A stretch of 64,000 nt of DNA, taken from positions 2,656,001 to 2,720,000 of the forward strand of contig CAWDXG010000004.1 in the NCBI GenBank assembly GCA_963806225.1, read 5' to 3'. Under the pieces are notes generated by a model. The model worked only from the letters and a program-made list of their open reading frames with translations, ran no database searches and was not told the origin of the DNA. Position numbers and translations under genes: made by a program. Shown piece after piece: positions 39,210-49,341 of this stretch (the first letter of the stretch is position 1; the number at the start of each line of letters is the position of its first letter). The DNA comes from an uncultured delta proteobacterium. Lineage in GTDB: Bacteria; Myxococcota_A; Polyangia; Polyangiales; Polyangiaceae.

Positions 39210-39293
39210 TTGATCCCGGACAAAACGTAGCACCCATCGGGCTGAACGAACTTGACGTGGATCAAGTGCAACGCATCGCCTGATCGGGATCAA
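39210..39293 (-). promoter_or_regulatory. FNR/CRP-family class II promoter with up to three TTGAT-N4-ATCAA-like boxes
   Basis: TTGACgtggATCAA 39252-39265, CTGATcgggATCAA 39280-39293, TTGATcccgGACAA 39210-39223; minus-strand -10 TACGTT at 39229-39224. Confidence 0.7.
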
Positions 39294-39410
39294 GCCGCAA
39301 TCGCGCAGCCCGCGTTGCAGCCAGCGGCGCGCAACAGCCCTACCGGACGGATCGCCTTTTCGTCTGGAATCGAACGCGCGCTACGGGACCACGACGGCGC
39401 GAGGGCGATG

Positions 39411-40322
39411 CTAGCGCTCGACGGGAAAGACGAGGGTGAAGGTGCTGCCTTCGCCGGGGGTGCTGTCGAGCTCGACCTTGCCACGGTGGGCCTTCATCAC
39501 GGCCTTGACGATAGCAAGGCCCAGGCCCGAGCCTTCGCGCTCGCGCGAGAGGCGGTCGTCGACGCGGTAGAACTTCTGGAAGATGCGCTTGTGCTCGACA
39601 TCGGGGATGCCGGGCCCGTTGTCGCTGACGGAGATGCACACCTCGTGGTCGCGCTGCGCGACCACGAGGCCGATCCTCGGCGGCTCGCCTCCGTACTTCT
39701 CTGCGTTGGAGAGCAGGTTGAACAGTGCGTCGACGACGGCGCCGGGGTCGGCGTCGAGGATCAGCGGCTGTTCGGGGACGTGCACGTCGAGCTCGATGCC
39801 GCGGCGAGCCCGCACGTTGTCGAAGGCCGCTACCGCCGAGTCGATCATCTTCCGCACCTCGGTCGGCTTCATCACGAATTCGTGGTGGCCACTCTCCATC
39901 CTGCCCCAGTCGAGCAGCCTGTCGATGAGCTCCTGCAGCCGGCTGCTCTCGCGCGCCAGGGCCTCGATGCACTTGTCCTCGGCGTCGGTGTCGCCGCGGC
40001 GCAGAGCCAGCGTCTCGGCGAACAGGCGGATCGACGTGAGCGGGGTTCTGAGCTCGTGCGACACCTTGGATACGAAGTCGCTCTGGAGCCGCGACAGGTT
40101 CGCCTCGCGCCGCACGAACACCCACACCAGGATGACTCCTGTTACCGCAGCGCCGCTCAGCGCCAGCACCAGGATGCCGAGAATGAGGTTGACCCGCGCG
40201 TCGCCCAGAAACAGCAGCAGCGTGCCCACTGCGAGCAGCAGGAAGGTGGGCACGACCACCAACGCCACCAGCAGGATGACGATGCGGCGATAACCGAGCG
40301 CAGTCAGATCGCGCGAGGCCAT
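39411..40322 (-). CDS. Membrane sensor histidine kinase (2 TM, HisKA + HATPase)
   Basis: VSHELRTPL, NLLSNAEKY, VSDNGPGI, IFQKFYR, GSGLGLAIV. Confidence 0.95.
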   Translation of the reverse strand: MASRDLTALGYRRIVILLVALVVVPTFLLLAVGTLLLFLGDARVNLILGILVLALSGAAVTGVILVWVFVRREANLSRLQSDFVSKVSHELRTPLTSIRLFAETLALRRGDTDAEDKCIEALARESSRLQELIDRLLDWGRMESGHHEFVMKPTEVRKMIDSAVAAFDNVRARRGIELDVHVPEQPLILDADPGAVVDALFNLLSNAEKYGGEPPRIGLVVAQRDHEVCISVSDNGPGIPDVEHKRIFQKFYRVDDRLSREREGSGLGLAIVKAVMKAHRGKVELDSTPGEGSTFTLVFPVER

Positions 40323-40413
40323 GATCACGTGTCCGGCGGCCGGCGAACCGCCGGCCCTGAGCGTACCGGCGGTTTCGCCGGTCGCAAGCCCACCGGGACG
40401 GGACGACCGCATC

Positions 40414-42424
40414 TCAGAGCTCGAGCTCGACCACGAGGGTACGGAGCAGCTCGGCGACGCTCCAGGCCTGTGCGGGGCAGCCGCGCGGGCGGTTCGGCTC
40501 GTCGCCGTCGCCGATCTGCGCGACCTGACCGAGCACCGGCCCGTCGAGCGCGTCGAGGATGGCCTGGTGCAGGTCCTCGCGCAGCTCGAAATCGTCCGGC
40601 GACAGAGCGAGCGCCGCCCGCGCGAAGACGCCGAACAGGTGGGGCCACGCGGTACCCTGATGGAGGGAGCCTCCACGCTCGTCGGCTCGGCCCTCGTAGT
40701 GACCGCGGTAGTTCGGGTCGCGCGCCGAGAGCGTCCTCAGCCCGCGCAGGGTGACGAGCTCGTCGCGGGCGCGACGGACAATCGCCGCGCCCTGCCAGCG
40801 GGCGAACAGTGCCGGGATCGGCGGCCAGTGCGACGACGGCATTGGGACGGATGCTGGGGTCGGCCCAGGCATCGGCCGTATCGCGCTCCTCGCTGAGACA
40901 GTCGAAGGGGTACTCGGTCTCGTTGCACCAGAAACGCCCGGGGAACGCCGCGCGGACGGCGTCCGACGCGAACCGTGCGGCGCGCGCGATCTTCTCGTCG
41001 CCGAGCGCAGCGGCAAGAGCCGACAGCGTCTCCGTGCCCCGGCTCCAGAGCGCCTGGTGCTCGACCGCCAGCCCAGCGCGCGGGGTCACGGGCTTTCCAT
41101 CGACCTGTGCGTCCATCCAGGTCATCGCAGCCTGTTCTGATCCGTTGGCTACCAGGCCTTCGGCGCTCAGCCAGATCAGCCGGCGTCGCTTGCTCATCAC
41201 GCGCACGAAAGCGCGCCGGAGCGCCGGATACAGGACCGCGCGGACGAATTCGTCCTGCGTGCCGGTGCGCGCCACGAGCTCGCGTGCCGCTTCGAAGAGC
41301 CACAGCGTGGCATCCGGCGAGGGGCGCGCACGGCGAGTGCCGCTGCCCCCCAGCTCTGCGGGCAACAGGCCCGAACGCTGCGTGGCGAGCAGCGTGGCCA
41401 GCACGCGCTTGGCCTCGTCCACACGGTCGCGCACCAGCATCAGCCCGGGTAGCGCGACCAGCGCATCGCGCGTGCTCGCGCCGTGACAGGGGTAGCCGGC
41501 CAGGACCACCGGATGCTCGCAGGCGTCAGCGCAGAACTGTTCCGCCGAGACCCACAGCGCGCGCACGACCTCCGCGTGCTCGGGTCCCGGGTCGCTGGAC
41601 AAGAGCTGCTCTCGCGTCTCTTCCATCAGCTCGGCGGGATCGCGGTCCGGCAGCTCGCCGAGGGAAACGAGCAGGTAGGTGGTCCTGCCGGGCTCCAGCC
41701 GGAGCTCGAAGCTGCCCGGCGTCCAGATGTCCTCCTGGAAGTCCTTGCCGCTCTCGCGATCGTCGAGATACTCGAAGCGCCGCCACCAGTCGGGCGAGCC
41801 GACGAAGATACCGTCGTGCCGGAAGCTCACCGGCGGCAGCTGCGGCAGCGGCTGGATCTGCACTTCGTTCTGGCGCATCGTCGCGGTCTGCACCATCCCG
41901 CCGTGCTCGGTCATCAGCTCGTCCGCGCGGCGCAGAGGCAGAAGCGGGCGCACCTCCAGGCGTGCGGGTCGCCGGCCATACCAGTGGAAGGAGAGCACGA
42001 GCGTGTTGTGTCCGCGGACCAGGCACAGGCTGCGCTCGAAGCGGCTCTGGCCGAGGCGGTAGATCCAGCGCGGCAGCGGATCCTGCGCGAAGCTCTCGAG
42101 CTGCCGGTAGCCCGGCGTGGGCAGGACGCCCGGGAACTGGTGCGTGACCAGCCGGTGCACGCGGCCGTCTGCTTCGACGCTGACGTCGGCGTGGCTCAGG
42201 ACGACGTAGCGATCGTGGGGTGGGTCGAGCGGGGCCACGAGCAGGCCGTGGTGGCGGCGCGTGTGCATCAGCGCGACGGTGCTCATGGCGTAGGCGCCGC
42301 TGCCGTTCGTGTGCAGCCACTCGGGCTCCGCGCGCTCGAGCGTGCCGCCGGTGTGCACGACGGGCCACGGACCGTCGCGCATCGCGCGCCACACGCGCTG
42401 CTCGCCCTCGTCGACGTTCATCAT
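40414..42424 (-). CDS. Glycogen debranching enzyme (amylo-alpha-1,6-glucosidase family), frameshift near 40813
   Basis: EWLHTNGSGAYA, TRRHHGLLVA, LAGYP, TWMDA, SIRPNA; second frame gives GLRTLS, HQGTAWP, GCPAQAWSVAE. Confidence 0.88.
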
Positions 42425-43314
42425 CGTGGTGCCTCGAGGGCCTGCTCTGCCGCCTCGCGCATCGACCCGCGCGGCGGCTCGACGCCGAGCCACAGCGACA
42501 AGGCCCGCGCCGCCTGCCCGACGAGCATGCCGAGGCCGCCCTCCGCCCGGACCCCGGCGGCGTTCGCAGCCTCGAGGAAAGCAGTGACGGGCGGATTGTA
42601 GACCACGTCGAAAGCCAGCGTGCCGGCCGCGAGCCTCGGCCAGGGCACGATGTCGCGCACCGAGCCGCCGTTGCCCACGCCGAGCATGCCAGCGCTGGTC
42701 GCCTGCACGATGATCTGGCTCGAACAGACCAGTGTGTCCCAGGCGTCGCCAGCACTTCCGGCACGCGCCGGGACGGGCTCGGCCGGCCAGGGCAGGACGG
42801 TCGCACCGGCTTTCCGGAACTCTGCTGCGCGCGACCACCCGGCGGGACTTTCCGCCGCGCGCCAGGCGCGGGCCACGACGCCCACGCTACCCACACCGAC
42901 CGAACGGCACGCGGCCACCGCAGCGAGCGCCGCGCCTCCGTTGCCGATCACGGCGGCCACCCGCGCGCCCGCCGCCCGCTCGCCGAGCTCGTCGGCGAGC
43001 GCGAGCACGTCGGTGTTGTAGGCGACGACCTGGCTGCCTTCGCGTGCCAGGACGTTGGCAGCTCCCGTGCTGGCTGCGAGCGGATGCGCGCGGTCGGCGA
43101 GCTCGAGAGCGAGTCGCTTGTAGGGCACGGTCACGTTCGCCCCGGCGATCCGGCCGCGCCTGAGCTCGTCGACGATCCCGCGCACCGCCGTTTCGTCCAC
43201 GGCATCGACGAGAGCGTATTCGTGGGGCAGGCCGAGCGCGCGGTACGCCGCGCGGTGGATCACGGGCGACAGCGAGTGGCCCACGGGGTGGCCGATCAGC
43301 ACGAAGCGGCTCAT
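42421..43314 (-). CDS. aroE: Shikimate dehydrogenase
   Basis: GHPVGHSLSP.IH, GANVTVPYK, NTD, GNGGAA, DVVYNP, GLGMLVGQA. Confidence 0.93.
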   Translation of the reverse strand: MSRFVLIGHPVGHSLSPVIHRAAYRALGLPHEYALVDAVDETAVRGIVDELRRGRIAGANVTVPYKRLALELADRAHPLAASTGAANVLAREGSQVVAYNTDVLALADELGERAAGARVAAVIGNGGAALAAVAACRSVGVGSVGVVARAWRAAESPAGWSRAAEFRKAGATVLPWPAEPVPARAGSAGDAWDTLVCSSQIIVQATSAGMLGVGNGGSVRDIVPWPRLAAGTLAFDVVYNPPVTAFLEAANAAGVRAEGGLGMLVGQAARALSLWLGVEPPRGSMREAAEQALEAPR

Positions 43315-44670
43315 CCTGCCGGTGGCTCCCCTTCCGCGCCCTCGAGCGCGGTCACACTGGCGTCGATCGAGCCCTGGTGCAGGCGCACCTCGATGGCATC
43401 GCCCACGCGCACGTCAGAGGCGCGGCGGATTGCCCGACCGTCGCTGCGCGTGGCGATCGCGTAGCCGCGCCCCAGCACCGCCAACGGCGACAGTGAATCG
43501 AGCTCCGCGACCCGGGTCGACAGGCTCGACCCGGCGGACGACACGCGCATGCGGATGGCGCTGCCGAGCCGCGCGGACAGCGGCGATAGCTCTCCGCGCG
43601 CGCGGGCGAGAACAGCACGCGGATGCTGTGCCGACAGGCGGCGATGCAGGGCCTCGAGCCGCGCGCGGCGGCGTGCAAGCGTGCCCTTCTCGTGCCGCTC
43701 CATGCGCAGCACGAGCTCGTCGAGATCCTGCTGCCGTTCGGTAATCACGAAGCGCGGGTCCGACAGCGCGCTGCGGAGCTCGCTCACGGTCGCGCGGTCT
43801 TCCATGAGCCTCGAGCGCATCGCGCGGGCGAGAGCAGTGGACAGGCGCGAGAGCAGCTCGCTGCGCGAGCGCGAGATCGGGGATCACCAGCTCGGCGGCC
43901 TCGGACGGCGTTGCGGCGCGTACGTCGGCGGCCAGATCGGTGAGCGAGAGGTCGATCTCGTGGCCGACCGCGCTGACCACGGGCACGCGCACGGCGGCCA
44001 CGCGGCGCACCACGCGCTCGTCGTTGAACGCCATCAGATCGTCAGCGGAGCCCCCGCCGCGACCGACGATCAGCACCTCCAGGCCCGGGTAGCGCTCGAT
44101 CAGATCGATCGCGCCGAGGATGCTGTTGGGCGCGCCCTCGCCCTGCACCTGCGCGGGGCTGAGCACGATGCGCGCACCGCCGCGGCGGAATGCGACCGTG
44201 CAGATGTCGTGGAACGCGGCGCCGGCGCTGCTGGTCACGACGCCGACGACGCGAGGCTCGGCCGGCAGCGCGCGCTTGCGCTCGGCCGCAAAGAGGCCCT
44301 CCTCGGCGAGGCGCTGCTTGAGCTTCTCGAGCGCCTCGAGCAGCGCCCCGCGCCCGGCGGCTCGCGCGCGGTCGACCGAAAACTGCAGCCGTCCGCGCGG
44401 CGCCCACAACGTGGCGCGACCGAGGAGCTGGACGCGCGCGCCTTCTTCGAGGATGCGGCGCGCACGCTGGGCGTTGAAGCGGTACATGACGCAGTCGATG
44501 ACCGCGTCTTCTCGCTCGTCCTTGAGCGTGAAATAGACGTGCCCGCTCGCGGCGCGTTTGAAGGAGCCGATCTCGCCCTCGACCCACTCGCGTCCCGTCG
44601 CGCCCTCCACGGCGCGCTTCAGTCGCCGGTCCAGCTCGGCGACGCTGATGACCTCCTCGGGGGCTCCCAC
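43311..44670 (-). CDS. xseA: Exodeoxyribonuclease VII large subunit, frameshift near 43860
   Basis: WVEGEI, SGHVYFTLKD, GRGGGS.DDL.AFNDE, SAVGHE.D, ATPS.AAE; second frame LSPLAVLGRGYAI. Confidence 0.93.
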
Positions 44671-44798
44671 GCGGGCAGGCTTATAGCAGGGGAAGCGCGC
44701 GCGCGCTCTGGGCCCCGCCGCCTCGCCAGCGCCGCCACAGATACCCAGAATTGCTGGGATTTCCAGGGCCCCGAGGGCCGGCGCGGCGACCCCGGCCC

Positions 44799-45008
44799 TC
44801 AGGCGCCGAGCAGGAACAGGCCGACGAACGTGCCGGCCAGGCCGGCCAGCAACACCGCGAGCAGGAGCCCCGTGCTGGCAAAGCCGGCGGAGGACGGCTC
44901 GCCGACCTCGACCGAGCTGACCCAGGGCGGCGGATTGAAGTCCCCGCGCGGCACGCTGGGCAGCGTGATCTCGTCCCAGGCGGGGTCGAGCGCGGCGGGG
45001 GGATTCAT
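44799..45008 (-). CDS. Small hypothetical protein with C-terminal TM
   Basis: 69-aa ORF with GGGAG RBS and hydrophobic tail. Confidence 0.45.
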   Translation of the reverse strand: MNPPAALDPAWDEITLPSVPRGDFNPPPWVSSVEVGEPSSAGFASTGLLLAVLLAGLAGTFVGLFLLGA

Positions 45009-45104
45009 GCGCTCCCTATTACCTCATCGCGGAAGATTGGGCGAGCCGGGACCAGCGCGTGGGAACAACGGCAGGAGGGCGCTGTCTATCCTGACAACAA
45101 CCGA

Positions 45105-45202
45105 GCTCGCTGGAAAGCAGCGCAGCAAGCCACCGCCGGCACTCCACCCCTCACGGGTGGGAGCGACGAAGCCCGCAAGGGGAGCGGAGCCGGTGCCATC
45201 GG
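45105..45202 (+). ncRNA. Candidate structured 5' leader RNA
   Basis: Hairpins GCTCGCTG-GAAAG-CAGCGCAGC, CTCCACCC/GGGTGGGAG and CCC-GCAA-GGG; the last two are enclosed by GGCAC/GTGCC. Confidence 0.3.
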
Positions 45203-45281
45203 ACGAACGTGGACCCCGGTCCCGCCGCCGACCCGGCCGAGCCCTACCCCGAGACCGCCGAAACGGCCCGAGGAGACAGAC

Positions 45282-46910
45282 ATGACCATCAACCATCCGA
45301 ATCCCTTCGCAACAGCCAATCCGTTCGACGCCGGCGCCTTCGAGCTGGACGCGAACAATCCCTTCGCCGCCGGCGCGGCCCGACGCGAACCCACGCCGGT
45401 GCCGGACGACGCGCCGCCCGGCACGTACACGTACTCGCTCGTGCAGAGCGGTCCCCCGGTAGCCGAGGAAGACGTCGAACAGACCGGCGTGGAGGCCGTC
45501 GAGATCACGACGCTGTGGGGCGACGGCGTGCTGCACGTCGCGCACCTCTCGCCGCCGAAGAGCTTCTACGTCGGCGAGGAGCAGAAGAAGCACCTCGCCT
45601 GCGATCTGTTCATTCCCGCCGAGCGGCTGGGAACGACGCGCATGCCGGTGGTGCTCGCGGACCGCTCGGGCACGCGGCTCGTGATCCCGCCGGGGGCGAG
45701 CGGGCACGTCGAGCTGCCGGGACGCGGGCGTATGACGCTCGACGAAGCGCGGGAGATGTCGCAACCGTCGGTCGAGGTGAGCGGCGGGCACGAGCTCGAG
45801 CTGCCGCACGGCGCGCGTGCCCGCATCGAGCTCGATGGCTTCACGTTCCAGGTCGGCGCCGTCACTGCGGGCAAGCCGGCGAAGCGCGGCGTCGCCGCGG
45901 TGCAGGACTGGGCGCTCGCCAGCTCGTTCGGTCTGTCGCTGCTGGGCGCCGCGGCGATGGTCGCGGCGATGGCGTTCTTCGTGCCACCGCTTGGTCTGAC
46001 GGAGGACGACGGCGCCGACGCAACGCGCTTCATCACCATCCAGCAGTATCTCAAGAGCAGCGCCGAACGAGAGCAGGAGCAGAAGGACGAGAAGACCGCC
46101 GACGCCGACAGCAAGAACCACGAGGGAGGAACGGGAACGCAGGCCAAGGGCTCCGAAGGAAAGATGGGCAACCCGCTCAAGGCCAATGCGAACAAGCGCT
46201 GGTCGGTCAAGGGACCGGCGGACAATCCCGACCCGCATCTGTCGCACCAGGAAGCGCTGCGCGAAGCGCAGAGCATCGGCATGATTGGCCTGCTCAACAC
46301 CATGAACGGCTCGGTGAACACACCGACCGCGCCCTGGGGCCGCGACACCGCACTCGGCGTGGATGACGCGAACCACCAGGGCAACATGTGGGGCGAGCAG
46401 ATCGGCGACAGCGGCGGCACGGGCGGCCTGGGTCTTTCCGGCATCGGCGAAGGCGGCGGCGGCTTCGGTGAGGGCCTGGGCCTGGGAGCCATCGGCACGA
46501 TGGGCCACGGCAACGGCCTGGGCCCCGGGCAGGGCTTCGGCAACGGCGCCGGACACCTCGGCGGCACGCACCATCCCAAGTCGCCGCCCAGGATGCGCGT
46601 CGGAGCCACGACCGTCAGCGGTCACCTGCCGCCGGAAGCGATCCAGCGCGTGGTGCGGCAGAACTACGGTCGCTTCCGCATGTGCTTCGAGCAGGGCCTC
46701 GCGCGCAACCCGAACCTGCAGGGTCGCGTGACGGCGCGCTTCGTGATCGGCCGTGACGGCGCCGTCAGCAACGTCTCGAACGGCGGCTCGGATCTGCCGG
46801 ACTCCGGCGTCGTGTCCTGCGTCGTGAGCACGTACTACGGCCTGAGCTTCCCCTCGCCCGACGACGGCATCGTCACCGTCGTCTATCCCATCATGTTCTC
46901 CCCGGGCTGA
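45282..46910 (+). CDS. AgmX/PglI C-terminal (GltG-like, TonB-C-like) domain membrane protein
   Basis: AGGAG RBS; single TM, GGTGTQAKGSEGKMG motif, Gly-rich stretch, C-terminal IQRVVRQNYGRFRMCFEQGL.RNP.LQGRV..RFVI...VVYPIMF. Confidence 0.85.
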   Translation: MTINHPNPFATANPFDAGAFELDANNPFAAGAARREPTPVPDDAPPGTYTYSLVQSGPPVAEEDVEQTGVEAVEITTLWGDGVLHVAHLSPPKSFYVGEEQKKHLACDLFIPAERLGTTRMPVVLADRSGTRLVIPPGASGHVELPGRGRMTLDEAREMSQPSVEVSGGHELELPHGARARIELDGFTFQVGAVTAGKPAKRGVAAVQDWALASSFGLSLLGAAAMVAAMAFFVPPLGLTEDDGADATRFITIQQYLKSSAEREQEQKDEKTADADSKNHEGGTGTQAKGSEGKMGNPLKANANKRWSVKGPADNPDPHLSHQEALREAQSIGMIGLLNTMNGSVNTPTAPWGRDTALGVDDANHQGNMWGEQIGDSGGTGGLGLSGIGEGGGGFGEGLGLGAIGTMGHGNGLGPGQGFGNGAGHLGGTHHPKSPPRMRVGATTVSGHLPPEAIQRVVRQNYGRFRMCFEQGLARNPNLQGRVTARFVIGRDGAVSNVSNGGSDLPDSGVVSCVVSTYYGLSFPSPDDGIVTVVYPIMFSPG

Positions 46911-46932
46911 GCCGACACTTCGCCAGGGAGCC

Positions 46933-46972
46933 CGCCCCTCCACGCCGCGCGCGTGGAGGGGCGTGGTCTTTT
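46933..46972 (+). terminator. Putative intrinsic terminator
   Basis: 13-bp perfect stem CGCCCCTCCACGC/GCGTGGAGGGGCG with 5-nt loop, followed by TGGTCTTTT, 22 bp after the stop codon. Confidence 0.65.
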
Positions 46973-47005
46973 CATGGTGGCCCCGATGTTGCACAGCGCG
47001 AGCGC

Positions 47006-47791
47006 ATGCCGAATGCGTTTCTGCGCGAGGTGGAGCAGGAAATCGAGCGACTGCACCGGATGCCGGCCGCACCAGTGGACTTCGAGCGGCTGCCGGCGGC
47101 CGTCCGGAGCTACTACGCGAAAAGCGTGCGCTCCGGAGTAGCCGAGGCGCGCGTTGTGCGGCTCACGCAGACCGGCGAGATGCAGCTCGCGCCCGACAAA
47201 CCGCCCGTCGCGTTCACGTCGACGGAGCATTTCGCCACACATGAGGTCGCGTTTGTCTGGAACGCACGCGTGCGCATGGCGCCGATGGTCGGCGCCGTCG
47301 TGGTCGATCGCTTCGCGCACGGGCGCGGGATGCTCGACGCGCGGCTGTTCGGCACGCTGAGCATGGCGCATGATTCCGGACCGGACACGGACGTTGGCGA
47401 AGCGCAGCGCTACCTCGCCGAGCTTCCCTGGGTGCCGCAGGCGATCGCCTTGAACGCGGAGCTCCAGTGGCGGAGCATCGACGACCGCAAGCTCGAGCTC
47501 GGCGCCAGCATCAACGGCGCACGCGCGGTGGTCACGCTCAAGCTCGACGCAGCGGGCGACATCGCGACCGCGACGGCGCGCCGCCCGCGAGCGGTGGGTG
47601 CGAACAGTGTGCTGACACCGTGGGGCGGCGTATTCTCCGCGTATCGCGAGCTGGGTGGCCTGCGCGTGCCGACCCACGCAGAGGTGTGGTGGGACCTGCC
47701 CGAAGGGCGCTTCGTGTACTGGCGCGGCGACGTCACGGGCGTCCTCTGCCGAGTAGCCCGACCTCCCGCTCCGGCAGGCGCCGTGCTATGA
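47006..47791 (+). CDS. DUF6544-like protein
   Basis: LPAAVRSY, VRLTQTGEM, F.WNAR, GEAQRYLAELPWVP, PT..EV.W.LPEG.F.YWR. Confidence 0.7.
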   Translation: MPNAFLREVEQEIERLHRMPAAPVDFERLPAAVRSYYAKSVRSGVAEARVVRLTQTGEMQLAPDKPPVAFTSTEHFATHEVAFVWNARVRMAPMVGAVVVDRFAHGRGMLDARLFGTLSMAHDSGPDTDVGEAQRYLAELPWVPQAIALNAELQWRSIDDRKLELGASINGARAVVTLKLDAAGDIATATARRPRAVGANSVLTPWGGVFSAYRELGGLRVPTHAEVWWDLPEGRFVYWRGDVTGVLCRVARPPAPAGAVL

Positions 47792-47801
47792 CGCGCGCCT
47801 C

Positions 47802-49311
47802 ATGTTGAAGAAGGTATCTGATCGCGAATCGCGGGGAAATCGCTGTCCGCATCGCACGGACGCTGCGCGAGATGGGCATCGTTTCGGTGGCGGTGTACAG
47901 CGAGCCGGACCGCGACGCGCTGCACGTGCGCATGGCCGACGAGGCCTACGGGATCGGCCCCGCCGCGGCCGCGGAGAGCTACCTGCGCATCGACAAGATC
48001 ATCGACGCCGCGAAGCGCGCCGGCTGCGACGGTTTGATCCCCGGCTACGGCTTCCTGTCGGAAAACCCCGAGCTACCCGAAGCCTGCGAGCGCGCCGGGA
48101 TCACCTTCGTCGGCCCGCCGGCGAGCGCCATGCGCGCGATGGGCCTGAAGACGGCGGCGCGCGAGAAGATGAGCGCGGCGGGGGTGCCGATCGTGCCGGG
48201 CGGAAACGCGAACACAGTGGACGAGGCGAAAGCCACTGCGAAGCGCATCGGCTACCCGGTGATGCTCAAGGCCACCGCTGGCGGCGGCGGCAAGGGCATG
48301 CGGCTGGTGCACAAGGAGGAGGAGCTAGCCGGCGCGCTCGAGCGCGCGAGGAGCGAAGCGAAGAAGTCGTTCGGCGACGAGACCGTCTACATCGAAAAGG
48401 CGATCATCCGACCGCGTCACGTCGAGATCCAGGTGATGGGCGACCGCGACGGAAACATCGTGCACCTGTTCGAGCGCGACTGCTCGATCCAGCGCCGCCA
48501 CCAGAAAGTGGTGGAGGAATCGCCATGTCCAGCCATCGACGAGGACATCGTGCGGCGCATGGGCGAGGTCGCCGTCGCGGGCGCCAAGGCAGTGGGCTAC
48601 TTCTCGGCGGGGACGTTCGAGTTTCTGCTTTCACAGGACAAGTCGTTCTACTTCCTCGAGATGAACACGCGCCTGCAGGTCGAGCACCCGATCACGGAGC
48701 TCCGCACCGGGACGGATCTGGTGCGCGAGATGGTGCGCGTCGCTTCGGGCGAGCGGCTCGAGTGGGAGCAGCAGGACATCGGTCACCGCGGCGCGGCGAT
48801 CGAGTGCCGCATCTACGCCGAGGATCCGGCCAGCGGCTTCCTGCCGAGCCCGGGCACCATCCGGCGGTTGATCACCCCGAGCGGGCCGGGCGTGCGCGAC
48901 GACAGCGGCGCCTACGAGGGCTGCACCATCAGCGCCAACTACGATCCGCTCATCAGCAAGCTGTGCGTGTGGGCGCCGGACCGCGCGCGCGCCGTCGAGC
49001 GCATGCGCCGCGCGCTCACCGAGTACGTGGTCAGCGGCATCCGCACCAACCTGCCCTTCCACGAGCGGCTGCTGTCGCACCCGGAGTTCATCGCCGGCGA
49101 CTACGACACCAGCTTCATCGACCGCCACAAGGACGAGCTCCTGAAGGGCGCGACGGTGCCGGCCAACGAGCGCACGGCCTACGCCGCCGCCATCGCCGTC
49201 GCCGCCTTCCGCGCCGAGCACCAGGGCAAGCGCCCCAACGGTGTGGGCGGCTCGGGAAAGGGCGGGCTCTCGCCCTGGGTCGCCTCGCACCGTGCGCGGC
49301 TCGGGCGCTAG
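47802..49311 (+). CDS. accC: Acetyl/acyl-CoA carboxylase biotin carboxylase subunit, frameshift near 47817
   Basis: MLKKV-LIANRGEIAVR across the shift; PGYGFLSEN, GGGGKGMR, RDCSIQRRHQK, EMNTRLQVEH, RIYAED, YDPLISKL. Confidence 0.93.
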
Positions 49312-49341
49312 CGCCGCACCAGGCGAGAGATTTTCGGCCCC

